Assembly: GCF_022045235.1 (NCBI RefSeq)
Contig: NW_027266275.1
Location: 68,758,001-68,822,000 of the forward strand
Direction of reading: 5' to 3'
DNA: 64,000 bases
DNA from: Haliotis cracherodii
Lineage: Eukaryota
The first letter of the stretch is position 1. Every line of letters begins with the position of its first letter. Under the pieces are notes generated by a model. The model did no database searches. It was not told the DNA's origin and saw nothing but the letters and a program-made list of their open reading frames with translations. The position numbers were made by a program, and so were the translations under genes. Shown piece by piece: positions 1 to 12,802 of the stretch.

Positions 1-117
1 CGGACAAGAACAAGCCGCCACATGGTGTGCAATAATCTTGAACGCGATGTTAAAACTCATGCCGCCTCACTTCACCTTACCTCGCCTATATCATATTCAA
101 TACAACTCACCTTACAA

Positions 118-2686
118 CTAGTTGGCACCACACATACCAAGTCGGTTGCATGACGTTTTAACATTCTGTAATAAAAAAGTGTTCCATTCTTTTACATATT
201 TTTGATTAAATAAACAGTAGTCTTTTAACTCTAACTATCCAGGTTTTATACTTCATTCTGATCATACATATTTATAAGTGTCCTTAATGGATATGTGTAA
301 AGAAATCGACATATATGGCTGTAAAGTGTAAGTTTATGTATATATCAAAACAATGAGTATCTCACTTATACATCCAACATTTACTTACAACCAAATCTAG
401 TAGCTCGATTTCCATTTCGATTGCTGCATCTAGAAAGTCAGCACACTGAAACAGAGTACACAAAATGCTCAAACATAATTAGATGAATGTGAAATTGTAT
501 ACATACACACATTATATAATGATATAAGAATATATATATACCATGACTGATTATGAAATTAACTGTAACACAATATGAGGGGCGACCCTCGGGATCAGAT
601 GGTCAGGCTAGCTGACTTGGGTGATGCACGTCATTGTATCCGATACTCATGGTGTCAAACACATGGATTGTCTAGGACTACACTAAGGAAAGAACTACTG
701 AATTTATATCATAATCAGAAAACTGAACAATGATTGGATAACTATATACACACCTGTTCCTGGCGGTCTTCGCTGAGCTTTTCACAGAACATGGTTTCGA
801 TCAGTTCATTTACAGAGGCCTGTAAAAGAAAAGTTTTTAACTACACGTAGTCATGATTTTATGATTGCATTACATCAACGTGTACGATTTTTTAATGTAA
901 CTTAAAACAAGATGGTACATATTTTATGTATTTGGGGAAATAATGCAAATGTGCCAGACCAACATAGGAGTGATAAACCTTCTCAATATTTGTCACTCAC
1001 AACAGTGTCCATTTGCCTTTCTTTGACGTCTTTGAGAAAGTTCTTGCAGTCCTTGCATCGCCCTCTCCCTTGAACCTACGAAACATGAAATGACAAATTG
1101 AATGCATCATTATCATTATGCCTACAGTTTTTAAACTTTCGATTGTAACCAATGTAACAATAATATTGCAGCACAAAAAGTGTGACGAAAGACGAACCTA
1201 CTTTCTAACCAAATAAATTGTACAAATCATGAACACGTTAAGACATTCATTTGATTGTGAGTAAGTTTGATGAGTTATACCCAGTAAACCTGTTGACAAG
1301 AGGACTGGTACTAGGTATTAATCTTGCCTTGTTTGTAGGTGTGTTCATGTTGGCGGTATCAAGCGACGGACAGTACTTAGTGTCTTTACAGATGGCTTCA
1401 GGGCTCTGTGAAGGTGAACACAATTACATGATATGTTGTAAAACCCAATCCTTTTGCTTACTCGCAGTGTACAGTAATAATTATAGAGTTAAAGGGTAAA
1501 ATCATAGTCCAATCCTCATCATTTTGTGTAACTCAGTGAAAACATAGTAAAGGTTATTATTCTGATAAAGGAAATGTAAGCTGAAATGCTGATATAGAGT
1601 TTTCCATCTCCTTCCCCGGGTATCTAAATTCCATCTGATTGGTACATTCCTGAACTTTTTGCATCAATCACCCTTTTCATGATGTCAGTATATGCAAATG
1701 TTAGCTGACGCAATCTTGTGCTTCATGATTAGTCCATTGATTGGAGCAGGATTTCGGATGATGTAAAAGTTAACAATTACCTGACTGTTGACTTTGTCCT
1801 TCTTCTTCTGGCATATTTTCTGCACTTTTGTCTTACACTGCAAATACGCGTTTTACAATATTAGCCTCAAGAATACTATTTTATCTAATTCACAGCGTTA
1901 AGGATCAACACAGTTTTCTATGAATATAGATTATTGTACATTTTTAATTATCTACCTTGTGATATATTCAGTACATAGCTCTTTTCAATGAAACATCTGA
2001 TCTTGTTGTTTATGAAATCTGTTTGTTTACTATTGAGAACTATTATTTATCTCACCTCTTCCACCTTGCTGGGTTCCATTGAAGAACAGACGTTGTTCAT
2101 TTTTGCTTCCTGTTCTTCCTGAAACACATGTTATATAAAAACTCAGTACAATAGATCTGGAGAAGAGACATGAGTGTATTTGTGACATGTTTACCTCCTT
2201 ACGTTCTGGGGTAGACTTACCTCTAAATATATATGTAGTAATAGATCTATTTGTAGTAGATAGAATACTGATAAATATATGAGAGTAGGCTTCAGTACAA
2301 TATTCTACCAACGACTGGACAGATGCCATTTATTTACGTACAATCGATTCGAGTTCCATCTCCTGGCGATCAGTAATGAAAGCGATGCAATCAGCGCACT
2401 CATCATTTCCATCCTGTATCGACATGGCCATAGCTGAAAACATGTCAATATAAAACGTCAACGCGTCAACTTTAGTCAAAAAATGATTAATGTAAATATG
2501 TTTAGATTCGAACACATCAGAAAAAGAATTAATGCATATAATTGGATTTCCGTAAATATCATATTGCTTCGCCTTAGCAACGACCATGGTATCTACTGAG
2601 AAGTGGATACTAAGAAGGCATGGCCATTTAAACCACTCACCTTGGCTTGCTACAACAGCGACTACAAATGCGAAAAAGGTCTTCAT
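118..2686 (-). CDS. Two-domain secreted saposin-like protein (SAPLIP), copy 1, 193 aa, 9 coding exons
   Basis: Exons 2686-2641, 2433-2342, 2118-2056, 1837-1781, 1405-1328, 1075-1001, 819-754, 445-389, 165-118. All have AG acceptors and GT donors except a GC donor after exon 5; spliced frame is open. Protein: MKTFFAFVVAVVASQAMAMSIQDGNDECADCIAFITDRQEMELESIEEQEAKMNNVCSSMEPSKVEECKTKVQKICQKKKDKVNSQSPEAICKDTKYCPSLDTANMNTPTNKVQGRGRCKDCKNFLKDVKERQMDTVASVNELIETMFCEKLSEDRQEQCADFLDAAIEMEIELLDLVNVKTSCNRLGMCGAN. Hydrophobic N-terminus and two SapB-type Cys patterns. Confidence 0.88.
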
Positions 2687-2707
2687 TGTCCTTGAAGCTG
2701 AGAAATT

Positions 2708-2745
2708 CAACTGTTGTGATGTGTTTAAATGTAAAGCTTTATATA
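2708..2745 (-). promoter_or_regulatory. Candidate TATA box and initiator of copy 1 (same motif upstream of copies 2-6)
   Basis: Reverse complement TATATAAAG at 2745-2737 and CAGTT about 30 nt downstream. Confidence 0.5.
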
Positions 2746-3119
2746 TGTTCCGATTCTTCATAGTTGGTGACTTAGTCAATCACAGCGCACAGTAGGATGG
2801 CTCTAATTAATAGCAAACTAATTCAATGAGACGATTCAGACAGATGTCCTGTTCTTAACGAATATTCTCTGTTTGAAACCTACACATGTTGAGACAATAA
2901 TTGTCGCGTTCTTAATAAAATAACCTGTTTTTGATATCTCTCTCGATTAGATCTCTTTGCCACCTACTGTTGACCATGGTGATACACCCTACAATCAATT
3001 GACATGACGAAAGAACTCAAGAGTCGTAACTAGTCAACAGCTGACTGAATTTGTTTTGCATCTACTTGATTACTAAACTATGTCAATTAGCTGACATTGC
3101 CAATTCTACAAAAGTCAGT

Positions 3120-3240
3120 GGGGCGGTGAGATAGCCTAGTTGATAAAGCATTCGCTCGTCACGCCGAAAACCCGGGATCCATTCCTCACTATTGCTAAAA
3201 GCGGTGTAAAACCAAATTCACTCACTCTCTCACTCACTCT
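3120..3240 (+). mobile_element. tRNA-derived SINE, internally deleted
   Basis: A-box-like TAGCCTAGTTG head, (CACT)n tail and CAAAAGTCAG target-site duplication. Confidence 0.75.
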
Positions 3241-4578
3241 CCAAAAGTCAGGCGATAAACAGAAACGTCTTTCCTATAAACGCTTGCATGTATTCTTCTT
3301 GAGAATTTGTCAAGAGATCTAAACTTTCGGGCAAAAGAAAGCGTAAACACATTTCTTATTGTTGCTAAAATTGAAAAAAAAAAAAAAATGATTATTCGAT
3401 GGTGATGTATTTTATAGATTTATACCTTAAGTTTTGCAGTGTTTCGGCGACTGTTTTCAGCTTAGTAACCTTTTGACAACGTTTGTCAAAATCCCTTGTC
3501 GAGTGTATACTATCAAACAGCATAATGTACGCACACTGCATTCAAAAGAGTGTTCTTATTTATTCAAACGATAACTCATTGTGCGGTGAACCTTGTATTC
3601 TGCTTGGGTAGATAACGAGAACCGAGTTGATTAGATTGTAAATGATATGTGAAACACGTCATACTGATGTATGGAAGGCGTTTGAATTGTTCATTTATCA
3701 ACTTTACTTTCCAGTTTCACACCTGATTAATTACAACATAAGTGAGTGTTTAGTTTCCATTGCCTTAACAATTCAGTTGCATGTAATCATTTGTGTTTTA
3801 ATTAATTCCAAATAGACCTGGCAGTTTGTGTATTATTGTTTGACGTGTTTTATCTAGGTGGGTTCTGTATTTGTTGTTTCTGAATTGTTTATGCCAGTAC
3901 ATTTTTAGTAGATTTTATTTTATTTTATTTTATTGATTAGAAAGCAATCGGCAACATTCGAACTATATCCTGGTGACATACACATTATAGTTTCGCCTGG
4001 GAACGGCTTCTTATACCTTCTTTGTATAATCAAAGTCTTACGCCGTCCAAGTGCAGTGGCACGCAATTTATCGCCGCTACTGCAATCGACGGTTTATGGA
4101 ACGTACAGTTCATGGTGTCCGGTGTGTTTACGACATGTTGATGGGGAGGCAGATGTGTTTACCTGTGAACCATCCCCTCAACATGGAGATACAGATGTAT
4201 CAACCTCTTAACCATCCCTTAAAGTGACAAGGATTGTTCTTAGATCCTAAATAACTCAGGACAAAACGTATGAAGGCGATCAAATCATTTACTTCCTGAG
4301 GAGTGTGTCATCATTAAAAAGACTAAAGTTATTGGTGATGAAACATCCTTGAAGACAAAACAAGAGACCCTTATCAGATGTGATACAAATGCTGACAAAT
4401 CTTTACAGGATGCACGACTATAAAGAGATGACCAGATTTTATTATAGATTGGGAACCCGGACCCAGCATGTACAGAAGCGCGGTACCATGCCTCATGTTT
4501 TAAAACAGTACTCTAAATGTGTATATAATATGAATTCCTCGCATGAAAGCCTCCAAGAAACTTTGTGCAGAGGTAATT

Positions 4579-6221
4579 AAAAGTATATAGGAGAGTTACA
4601 AGGTATAATATTAAAGATAATTACATGAAAATTATTACATTGTCAGAGAATACCACCATATACCACTGTGGTAACGGATTTTGTTAGTAAATTCCGTCCA
4701 TATAATGAAAGGGGTATAGTCCTCGAATTTCACTTCGTGAGTAAGAGCGACTGGTATCTGGATCTGTATCCAAAGGTGGCTTACAGGACAGCAAACATAG
4801 CCTGATTTGTTGTGGAGTTCAACGCTGATGTCAACGGGACCTATACACACAATGTCACACCATAAGTTCTCTCTTATTGTTCTCTTACTCACACAGTGGC
4901 ACCGTACGTGAGTCAGTAAGTCATGGTAGTTGATACCACAGTGTGAACAGATACCATGTAATTTCCCCGGTCTCCACATCGCCCAAATGTGGACAGCAAA
5001 ACAGGCAGCTGCCTTTACGTCAGGACACTCTCGAGCTGTCCTCCTCGCCATGTGTGGGGTCACATCCGGATGAATACTCTCAAAGTTCACAGTGTCAGTT
5101 TCTGATGAAAGTCTTTCCCGCCATGCTGGTACTTCAAAAGTATTCACGGCTTCTTTGACTGTCCTTTTCCATATTTTCCGCTCCAGGGATGTACTGGAAC
5201 TAAGAAATGCCTCAGGGTGACAGGATAATGAATACTTGTGGAGGATGCGATATATGTCTGGGACAAAGATCTTACTTTTGGATGAACACTTATGTATATA
5301 CATGGAGATACGAGTCATAAAAACCTTCTTAGAAAGCAGATGATTAGAACAATGAGAGAGGTGGCCAAGAAAGAATAGTTTCCTGATGTTGATAAGTGAT
5401 TCTATGGGGAGCCAGCCGAGAAGAGCATTAACTATGTCAGACCTAGTATGACGTGGAAGTCCCTGTGCCATTTTGAGAATGGACCTCTGTGCTCTTTCTA
5501 TAGCCAGAATTTCTGCCTTGGAAATCATCGACCATAACACCCAAACATAGCCTTTGGGATACAAATTGGCGTAATAAGTTTTGAGCTTGTCCTTGGGTTT
5601 AGAGCGCGTTCATGCAGTTCCGATTTGACGAGTGCCATGGCTGATGCTTTCATCTTTGAGCAGCTCTCCAGAGTTCTCTACCATGAGTTAAATTCAGTGT
5701 TCAATATAACCAACGTGCTTAAGCTCATTTGTCACTGGGATATCACGTCCATAGAGTACAACACTAGAAGCAGCTGCTTTTCTGTCACTATATCTGACTA
5801 TCTGGCTCTTGGAAAGAGAGAAAGAAAACCGCCAGTCTGAACTATATCTTTCACTGATGGACATCATCTTCTGCAGATTTGCTGATACTGGACTAACAAC
5901 TGCAACTGCAACAGCCTTGTTGCGTATTAGGGTTTTGCAAATTGATGTTTTTTTCCCTTGACTTGTTAGAAGATCAACTGATGACTGGTCAGTGCTCTAT
6001 GTCCAAACGTATCCTTTCTACGTGTGCCTCAATGTGCTTCCTAAACTCTTGATCAAAGTGACGCTCATCTTGGTCGCTTGATACCTGTCTCATATGGTTT
6101 GGCATGATGGTACAGATTTTTTTGGCATTTCTTGTTTGCACACCTTCTTCTTCAAGGCATGGAACTGGTTCCCACGTCGAATTAAAGTCTCAAACATCTT
6201 CTGATCTAGGTTACAAATGGA
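4579..6221 (-). mobile_element. Degenerate non-LTR retrotransposon (LINE), RT core deleted
   Basis: ORF 4635-5564 has a C-terminal CSHC..H...HC zinc knuckle; collinear with the RT-bearing copy at 24249-26376. Confidence 0.8.
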
Positions 6222-6978
6222 CAGGACTAAATATATGAAGGCGATCAAAACCAAAATGGATCCTTGAAGAGAAAACAAGAGACCCGTATTGGGTACTCGG
6301 ACCCAGTATGTACAGAAATGAGGTACCATGCGTCATGTTATAAACAGTACTCTAAATGTGTATATAATCTGAACACCTCGCATTAAAGCCTCCAAGAAAT
6401 TTTGTACTGAGGTAATTGAGAAAAGTATTAAAAGAACGGCAGTTGGTGGAAATAAAAGGAAATAACAACCAGAAAAATACGAACATTCAAATAAAGTAAG
6501 TGAATTAAATATAAACAAAACAAACAAGGTTATGAAGTGTAATAAGATGCAATATTTATTTTTATACATGGTTCATTGAAGCTTGTCAGGTATTTCAAGT
6601 ACATGTAAGAGTTAGTAGCGATGATCCCTTTAGTCTGTTCACCTTTTTGCATAGTATATCATGCTTCTCATGATGTGACTGCTTTCTGCTTTTCATGTTA
6701 ATACATAATGTCTCGTTCTATAATCTATACCATACTATTAATAGTCTCTAGTATGCTCACACTTTACACAGGCAGCCAGTGTTCGAATGCCGGGTCGGCA
6801 CTTTATATTTGGTGTCCTCATTTGGTTGTGATCGCAAGATTGATATACGAGCGAAGAACTGATACACAACCACCACCACTTACTTCGATAATACTGTCTT
6901 ATGGACTTATGGATTTTTCTGGTCTCTATTTTAACCAAACGTCCTTATTCATATTGATATCTAGTTCTTCACATCACA

Positions 6979-7145
6979 GAGACGATGAGGTAGCCTAATG
7001 GTAAAATTGTTAGTTCGTCATGTCGAACACCCGGGTTTTATTCCCACCTGAGTACAATGCATGAAGCCCATGTTCCGGTGTCCCTTTCGTGATATTGTTG
7101 AAATATAGAAGTGGCGTAAAACCATACTCATTCCTCATTCACTCA
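6979..7145 (+). mobile_element. Second, more decayed SINE of the same family (homologues at about 16817-16983, 27480-27645, 37415-37581, 46658-46832)
   Basis: GGTAGCCTA..GTAAAA head, GTACAATG..GAAGCCCAT body, ACTC-repeat tail. Confidence 0.7.
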
Positions 7146-9454
7146 TATGTTGGAGGAAACTACTAGGTCGGCAGAGACCGTGACTGTAAGTGAGATTCAG
7201 TAATGTCCAGCAACAAGACAACTGAGCAGTGCAAGCCAGATGACCATCAAGACACTACGAGTACATCATTATCAGTGCCTGACAAGATGAATACCAGACC
7301 AACTGTACTACAGCAGGAATGTGAAGAGACTGAAAGGAGATGTTCCAAGAGAGTCACCAGACCACTAGTTAGACTGAATCTCTTACCTTGTGAGACAAGA
7401 GCACTTTGTGCCCCGTGAAAGGTCGTGCTCATTGCAGAGACTTTAAAATTAAAGTTTATTCAAATATTTCAAGTTGATAAGTTCTGAGTTAAAAGTTTGT
7501 AACGTTGGTGAAGCTTTAACCATTCAAATGAAGGATAGGTCTGGTATCCATCTGATAATAGTTCTAAGGAATGTAATGTTTCCTTCACTTATTGTCCAAT
7601 GCTAGGCAACCACTACCACATCATATCCTGTGCGACACTAGGTCACGATTAACCGTCACTGTTACCATGCAATGAAATGGTTGAACCTTACATGTCTCCT
7701 TATTGTCTTTGTCACTGTACATTTACATGATTCCCGGTAAAGTGCCCGTGGGTGAAGCGGATATATGAGACTGAGCCGTTGAGCAGTGAATATAATTTCA
7801 ATTAATCAAAAGAGAGTATTAATATTCAAGAGCACCCATGTGTGGCATAGCATTATAGCACCCATCACGAGTGCTGATGAAACTGACGTACTGTTCAAAG
7901 AGGGGTTAACCTAAACTCACTCACTCTTTGCTGTACAAGCGATAGCTTCGTTCTGTTTATCTTCTTAGGATATTTGTTGAAAATAGTAATCGTAATGGGT
8001 TCATTTGCCATTAACTGTTTTATTTCAATTTGTTTCAGGAATTAACTGGTGACAACTTATTATGTTCATTTGTCTTGATCCTGTATACATGTGTCTCCTC
8101 CTTTAATGGTATAATGTCTGGTTCTGAGTATTTAGTTCACCGCATAATGGTCTATCCTCAAGGATGAGGATGCGATTGGTTCAGTCGTCTGAGGCGCCGC
8201 TATTCGCCGTGCAGAGTTGCGTTCCTTGGACAAACCAAACCCAACTCACTTCCTCTATCCTCAAAATAGAACGATAATAGAAAAACGTGTTAAAGTAGTT
8301 TCATTTGATCATCAGTTAACCAGCCTGGACCAATTTCTTTGCGTTCTTGACTGTCGAGAGTCTATGTTATGTATGGTATGATAAATGGCGTTCCACTAGG
8401 ATTCGATTGCTAAATAATTTTCACGTGCCTATTATATGACACAGGTTCAACAAATGATCTCCATATCTCACATAAACGTCCAAGCAACAACAGTTCTCTG
8501 GACAAATGCAAAGTTTTATTGACAATGTTTTACAGGTGACGTTGTTCGTGGGCGATGAAGGATCGAGAGGCAGCATTGTCAGCATCTGCAATACCAAAAA
8601 TACTCACTAAAGTTAACCGTGTCATGTGTAATATTGTAAGAATATTCCATATCATGACTAGTTATCAGGAAAGTGGACAGAGCATCCGTCCGGTGAGCAG
8701 AAGACAGTTGGTCCAGAGTAAGTATTTCTCCCAATCAACCTATGCTGGTTGTTAGAGGCGATTTAATGGGTCGATTGGCCAGGCTCGGTAATTTGGCTGA
8801 TTGCGTGTCTGGTTCAGACAGGCCTTCATATAGCTGGAATAGTGCTGATTGTGGCGTTGAAGTAAACGAAACAAACAGTCAATAGTTCCAACCGAAACTT
8901 GTTCCTCAGACAGCGCTGTAACTATTGCGTAGACAGAAGGAAAACCTCCGTGGTGTATTGGACAGGGCGTCTGCCCGAGGCGCCATTAAAATTACTGTGG
9001 AGTAATTTGTCCTGATTTGTAAACCTAGTTAATTTTTGTAATTCATTTGTTGATTGTATACAACATGCTGGTTCTTTGTTGGTTCAACAAGAAGTTCTTT
9101 TACGTTTTGATTTCTGGATTAACATACTATTTCAATTTGGGAACCAACACGAAACAGTACATAATTTCAATTTGTAAAAGGAAAATAGCAATGTTCAAAA
9201 GCACCCGTGTGTGCTTTAGCGCAACATCAACCATCAACAAGCACTGGCCGGCTTGGTGTCTGAGTATAATTGTGTCATAGTGGGGTTTCTATGTGAAACT
9301 GCGACATGGCATCTCAGTGAGCAAGCACTATAAAGTCCGGACAAGAACAAGCCGCCACATGGAGTGCAATAATCTTGAACGCGATGTTAAAACTCATCCC
9401 GCCTCACTTCACCTTACCTCGCCTATATCACGTTCAATACAACTCACCTTACAA

Positions 9455-12199
9455 CTAGTTGGCACCACACATACCAAGTCGGTTGCATGACGTTTTAACA
9501 TTCTGTAATAAAAAAATGTTCCATTCTTTTACATTTTTAAAATTAAATAAACAGTAGTCTTTTAACTCTAACTATCCAGGTTTTATACTTCATTCCGATC
9601 ATACATATTTATAAGTGTCCTTAATGGATATGTCTACAGAAATCGACATATATGTCTGTCAAGTGTAAGTTTTTGTATATATCAAAACAATGAGTATCTC
9701 ACTTATACATCCAACATTTACTTACCACCAAATCTAGTAGCTCGATTTCCATTTCGATTGCTGCATCTAGAAAGTCAGCACACTGAAACAGAGTACACAG
9801 AATGCTCTAACATAATTAGATGAATGTGAAATTGTATACATACACACATTATATAATGATATAAGAACATATATCATGACTGATTATGAAATTAACTGTA
9901 ACACAATATGAGGGGCGACCTACGGGATCAGATGGTCAGGCTAGCTGACTTGGATGGTGCACCTAATTGTATCCGATACTCATGGTGTCAATCACATGGA
10001 TTGTCTAGGACTACAATAAGGAAAGAATTACTGAATTTATATCATAATCAGAAAACTGAACAATGATTGGATAACTATATACACACCTGTTCCTGGCGGT
10101 CTTCGCTGAGCTTTTCACAGAACATGGTTTCGATCAGTTCATTTACAGAGGCCTGTAAAAGAAAAGTTTTTACCTACACGTAGTTATGATTTTATGATTG
10201 CATTACATCAACGTGTACGATTTGTTAATTTAACTTAAAACAAGATGGTACATATTTTATGTATTTGGGGAAATAATGCAAATGTGCCAGACCAACATAG
10301 GTGTGATTAAACCTTCTCAATATTTGTCACTCACAACAGTGTCCATTTGCCTTTCTTTGACGTCTTTGAGAAAGTTCTTGCAGTCCTTGCATCGCCCTCT
10401 CCCTTGAACCTACGAAACATGAAATGACAAATTGAATGCATCATTATAACTACAGTTTTTAAACTTTCGTCTGTAACCAATGTAACAATAATATTGCAGC
10501 GCAATAAGTGTGACGAAAGACGAACCTACTTTTTAACCAAATAAATTGTACAAATCATGAACACGTTAAGACATTCATTTGATTGTGTGTAAGTTTGATG
10601 AGTTATACTCACTAAACCTGTTGACTAGAGGACTGGTACTAAGTATTAATCTTGCCTTGTTTGTAGGTATGTTCATGTTGGCCGTATCAAGCGACGGGCA
10701 GTACTTGGTGGCTTTACAGATGGCTTCAGGGGTCTGTGAAGGTGGACACAATTACATGATATGTTGTAAAACCCAATCCTTTTGCTTCCTCGCAGTGTAC
10801 AATAATAATTAAAGAGTTAAAGGGTAAAATCATAGTCCAATCCTCATCATTTTGTGTAACTCAGTGAAAACATAGTAAAGGTTATTATTCTGATAAAAGA
10901 AATGTAAGCTGAAATGCTGATATAGAGTTTTCCTCTCCTTCCCCGGGTATCTAAATTCCATCTGATTGGTACATTCCTGAACTTTTTGCATTAATCACCT
11001 TTTTCATGATGTCAGTATATGCAAATGTAAGCTGACGCAATCTTGTGCTTCATGATAAGTCCATTGATTGGAGCAGGATGATGTAAAAGTTAACAGTTAC
11101 CTGACTGTTGACTTTGTCCTTCTTCTTCTGGCATATTTTCTGCACTTTTGTCTTACACTGCAAATACGCGTTTTTATAATATTAGCCTCAAGAATATTAG
11201 TTTATCTAATTCACAGCGTTAAGGATCAACACAGTTTGCTATGAATATAGATTATTGTTCCTTTTTAATTATCTACCTTGTGATATATTCAGTACATTGC
11301 TCTTTTCAATGAAACATCTGATCTTGTTGTTTATGAAATCCGTTTGTTTACTATTGAGAACTATTATTTATCTCACCTCTTCCACCTTGCTGGGTTCCAT
11401 TGAAGAACAGACGTTGTTCATTTTTGCTTCCTGTTCTTCCTGAAACACATGTTATATAAAAACTCAGTACATTAGATCTGGAGAAGAGACATGAGTGTAT
11501 TTGTGACATGTTTACCTCCTTACGTTCTGGGGTAGACTTATCTTTAATTGTATGTAGTAATAGATCTATGTGTAGGAGAATACTGATAAATATATGAGAG
11601 TAGGGTACAGTACAATATTCTACCAACGACTGGAGAGATGCCAGTTATTTGGGGAAATTGAAAAATTCAGATGTAGATTCCGAAACGAACACTTGGTTGA
11701 CTGGTCCCATTACTTTAAGTATTATATTGAGGGTAGGGGTATAAACCATTAGTGTATAATCAAAAAGATAATGTTCTAAACATGTACGTATATGTTAGTG
11801 GGCACGTTTGGAAATAGTACGATTTTTACGAACCATCATGGGTTATAGTCGGTATTATTTACGTACAATCGATTCGAGTTCCATCTCCTGGCGATCAGTA
11901 ATGAAAGCGATGCAATCAGCGCACTCATCATTTCCATCCTGTGTCGACAGGGTCATAGCTGAAAACATGTCAATATAAAACGTCAACGCGTCAACTTCAG
12001 TAATAAAAATATGTTTAGATTCGAACACATCAGAAAAAGAATTAATGCATATAATTGGATTTCCGTAAATATCATATTGCGGCGCCTTAGCCACGACCAT
12101 CGTATCTACTGAGAAGTGGATAGTAAGAAGGCATGGCCATTTAAAACACTCACCTTGGCTTGCTACAACAGCGACTACAAATGCGAAAAAGGTCTTCAT
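9455..12199 (-). CDS. Saposin-like protein, copy 2 (intact)
   Basis: Exons 12199-12154, 11958-11867, 11439-11377, 11157-11101, 10733-10656, 10409-10335, 10152-10087, 9782-9726, 9502-9455. Same exon lengths and splice sites as copy 1; variants AMTLSTQ, TPEAICKAT, NMNIP. Confidence 0.88.
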
Positions 12200-12633
12200 T
12201 GTCCTTGAAGCTGAGAAATTCAACTGTTGTGATGTGTTTAAATGTAAAGCTTTATATATGTTCCGATTCTTCATAGTTGGTGACTTAGTCAATCACAGCG
12301 CACAGTAGGATGGCTCTAATTAACAGCAAACTAATTCAATGAGACGATTCAGACAGATGTCCTGTTCCTAACGAATATTCTCTGTTTGAAACCTACACAT
12401 GTTGAAACAATAATTGTCGCGTTCTTAATAAAATAACCTGTTTTTGATATCTCTTTCGATTAGATCTCTTTGCCACCTACCGTTGACCATGGTGATACAC
12501 CCTACAATCAATTGACATGACGAAAGAACTCAAGAGTCGTAACTAGTCAACAGCTGACTGAATTTGTTTTTGCATCTACATGATTACTAAACTATGTCAA
12601 TTAGCTGACATTGCCAATTCTACAAAAGTCAGT

Positions 12634-12802
12634 GGGGCGGTGAGGTAGCCTAGTTGATAAAGCGTTCGCTCGTCACGCCGAAGACCCGGGATCCATTCCT
12701 CACATGGATGAAGTCAATTTCTGGTGTCCTCCGCCGTGATATTGCTTGACTATTGCTAAAAGCGGCGTAAAACCAAAATCACTCACTCTCTCACTCACTC
12801 TC
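12634..12802 (+). mobile_element. tRNA-derived SINE
   Basis: Same insertion as 3120; tRNA-like head, CACT tail, TSD. Confidence 0.8.

Noticed and set aside
1251-1499. Repeated hydrophobic 82-aa ORF MIVSKFDEL...
   Set aside because: Antisense to exon 5, starts at TTG, and is disrupted in copy 3.
2330-2779. 149-aa ORF MTKSPTMK... and its repeats as a single-exon gene
   Set aside because: It is read-through of exon 1, intron 1 and exon 2. The intronic part is frameshifted or stopped in copies 4, 6 and 7, while the flanking splice sites are conserved.
4635-5564. 309-aa ORF as a host gene
   Set aside because: It is the C-terminal part of a LINE ORF with a zinc knuckle, broken differently in units 3 and 4 and absent in unit 5.
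7200-7600. Gypsy pol C-terminus (RRCSKRVTRPLVRLNL) and LTR start
   Set aside because: Suggestive only; no convincing polypurine tract, LTR pair or integrase core.
7870-7930. Hammerhead ribozyme at CTGATGA
   Set aside because: No GAAA after a stem II; the context looks like a SINE 3' tail.
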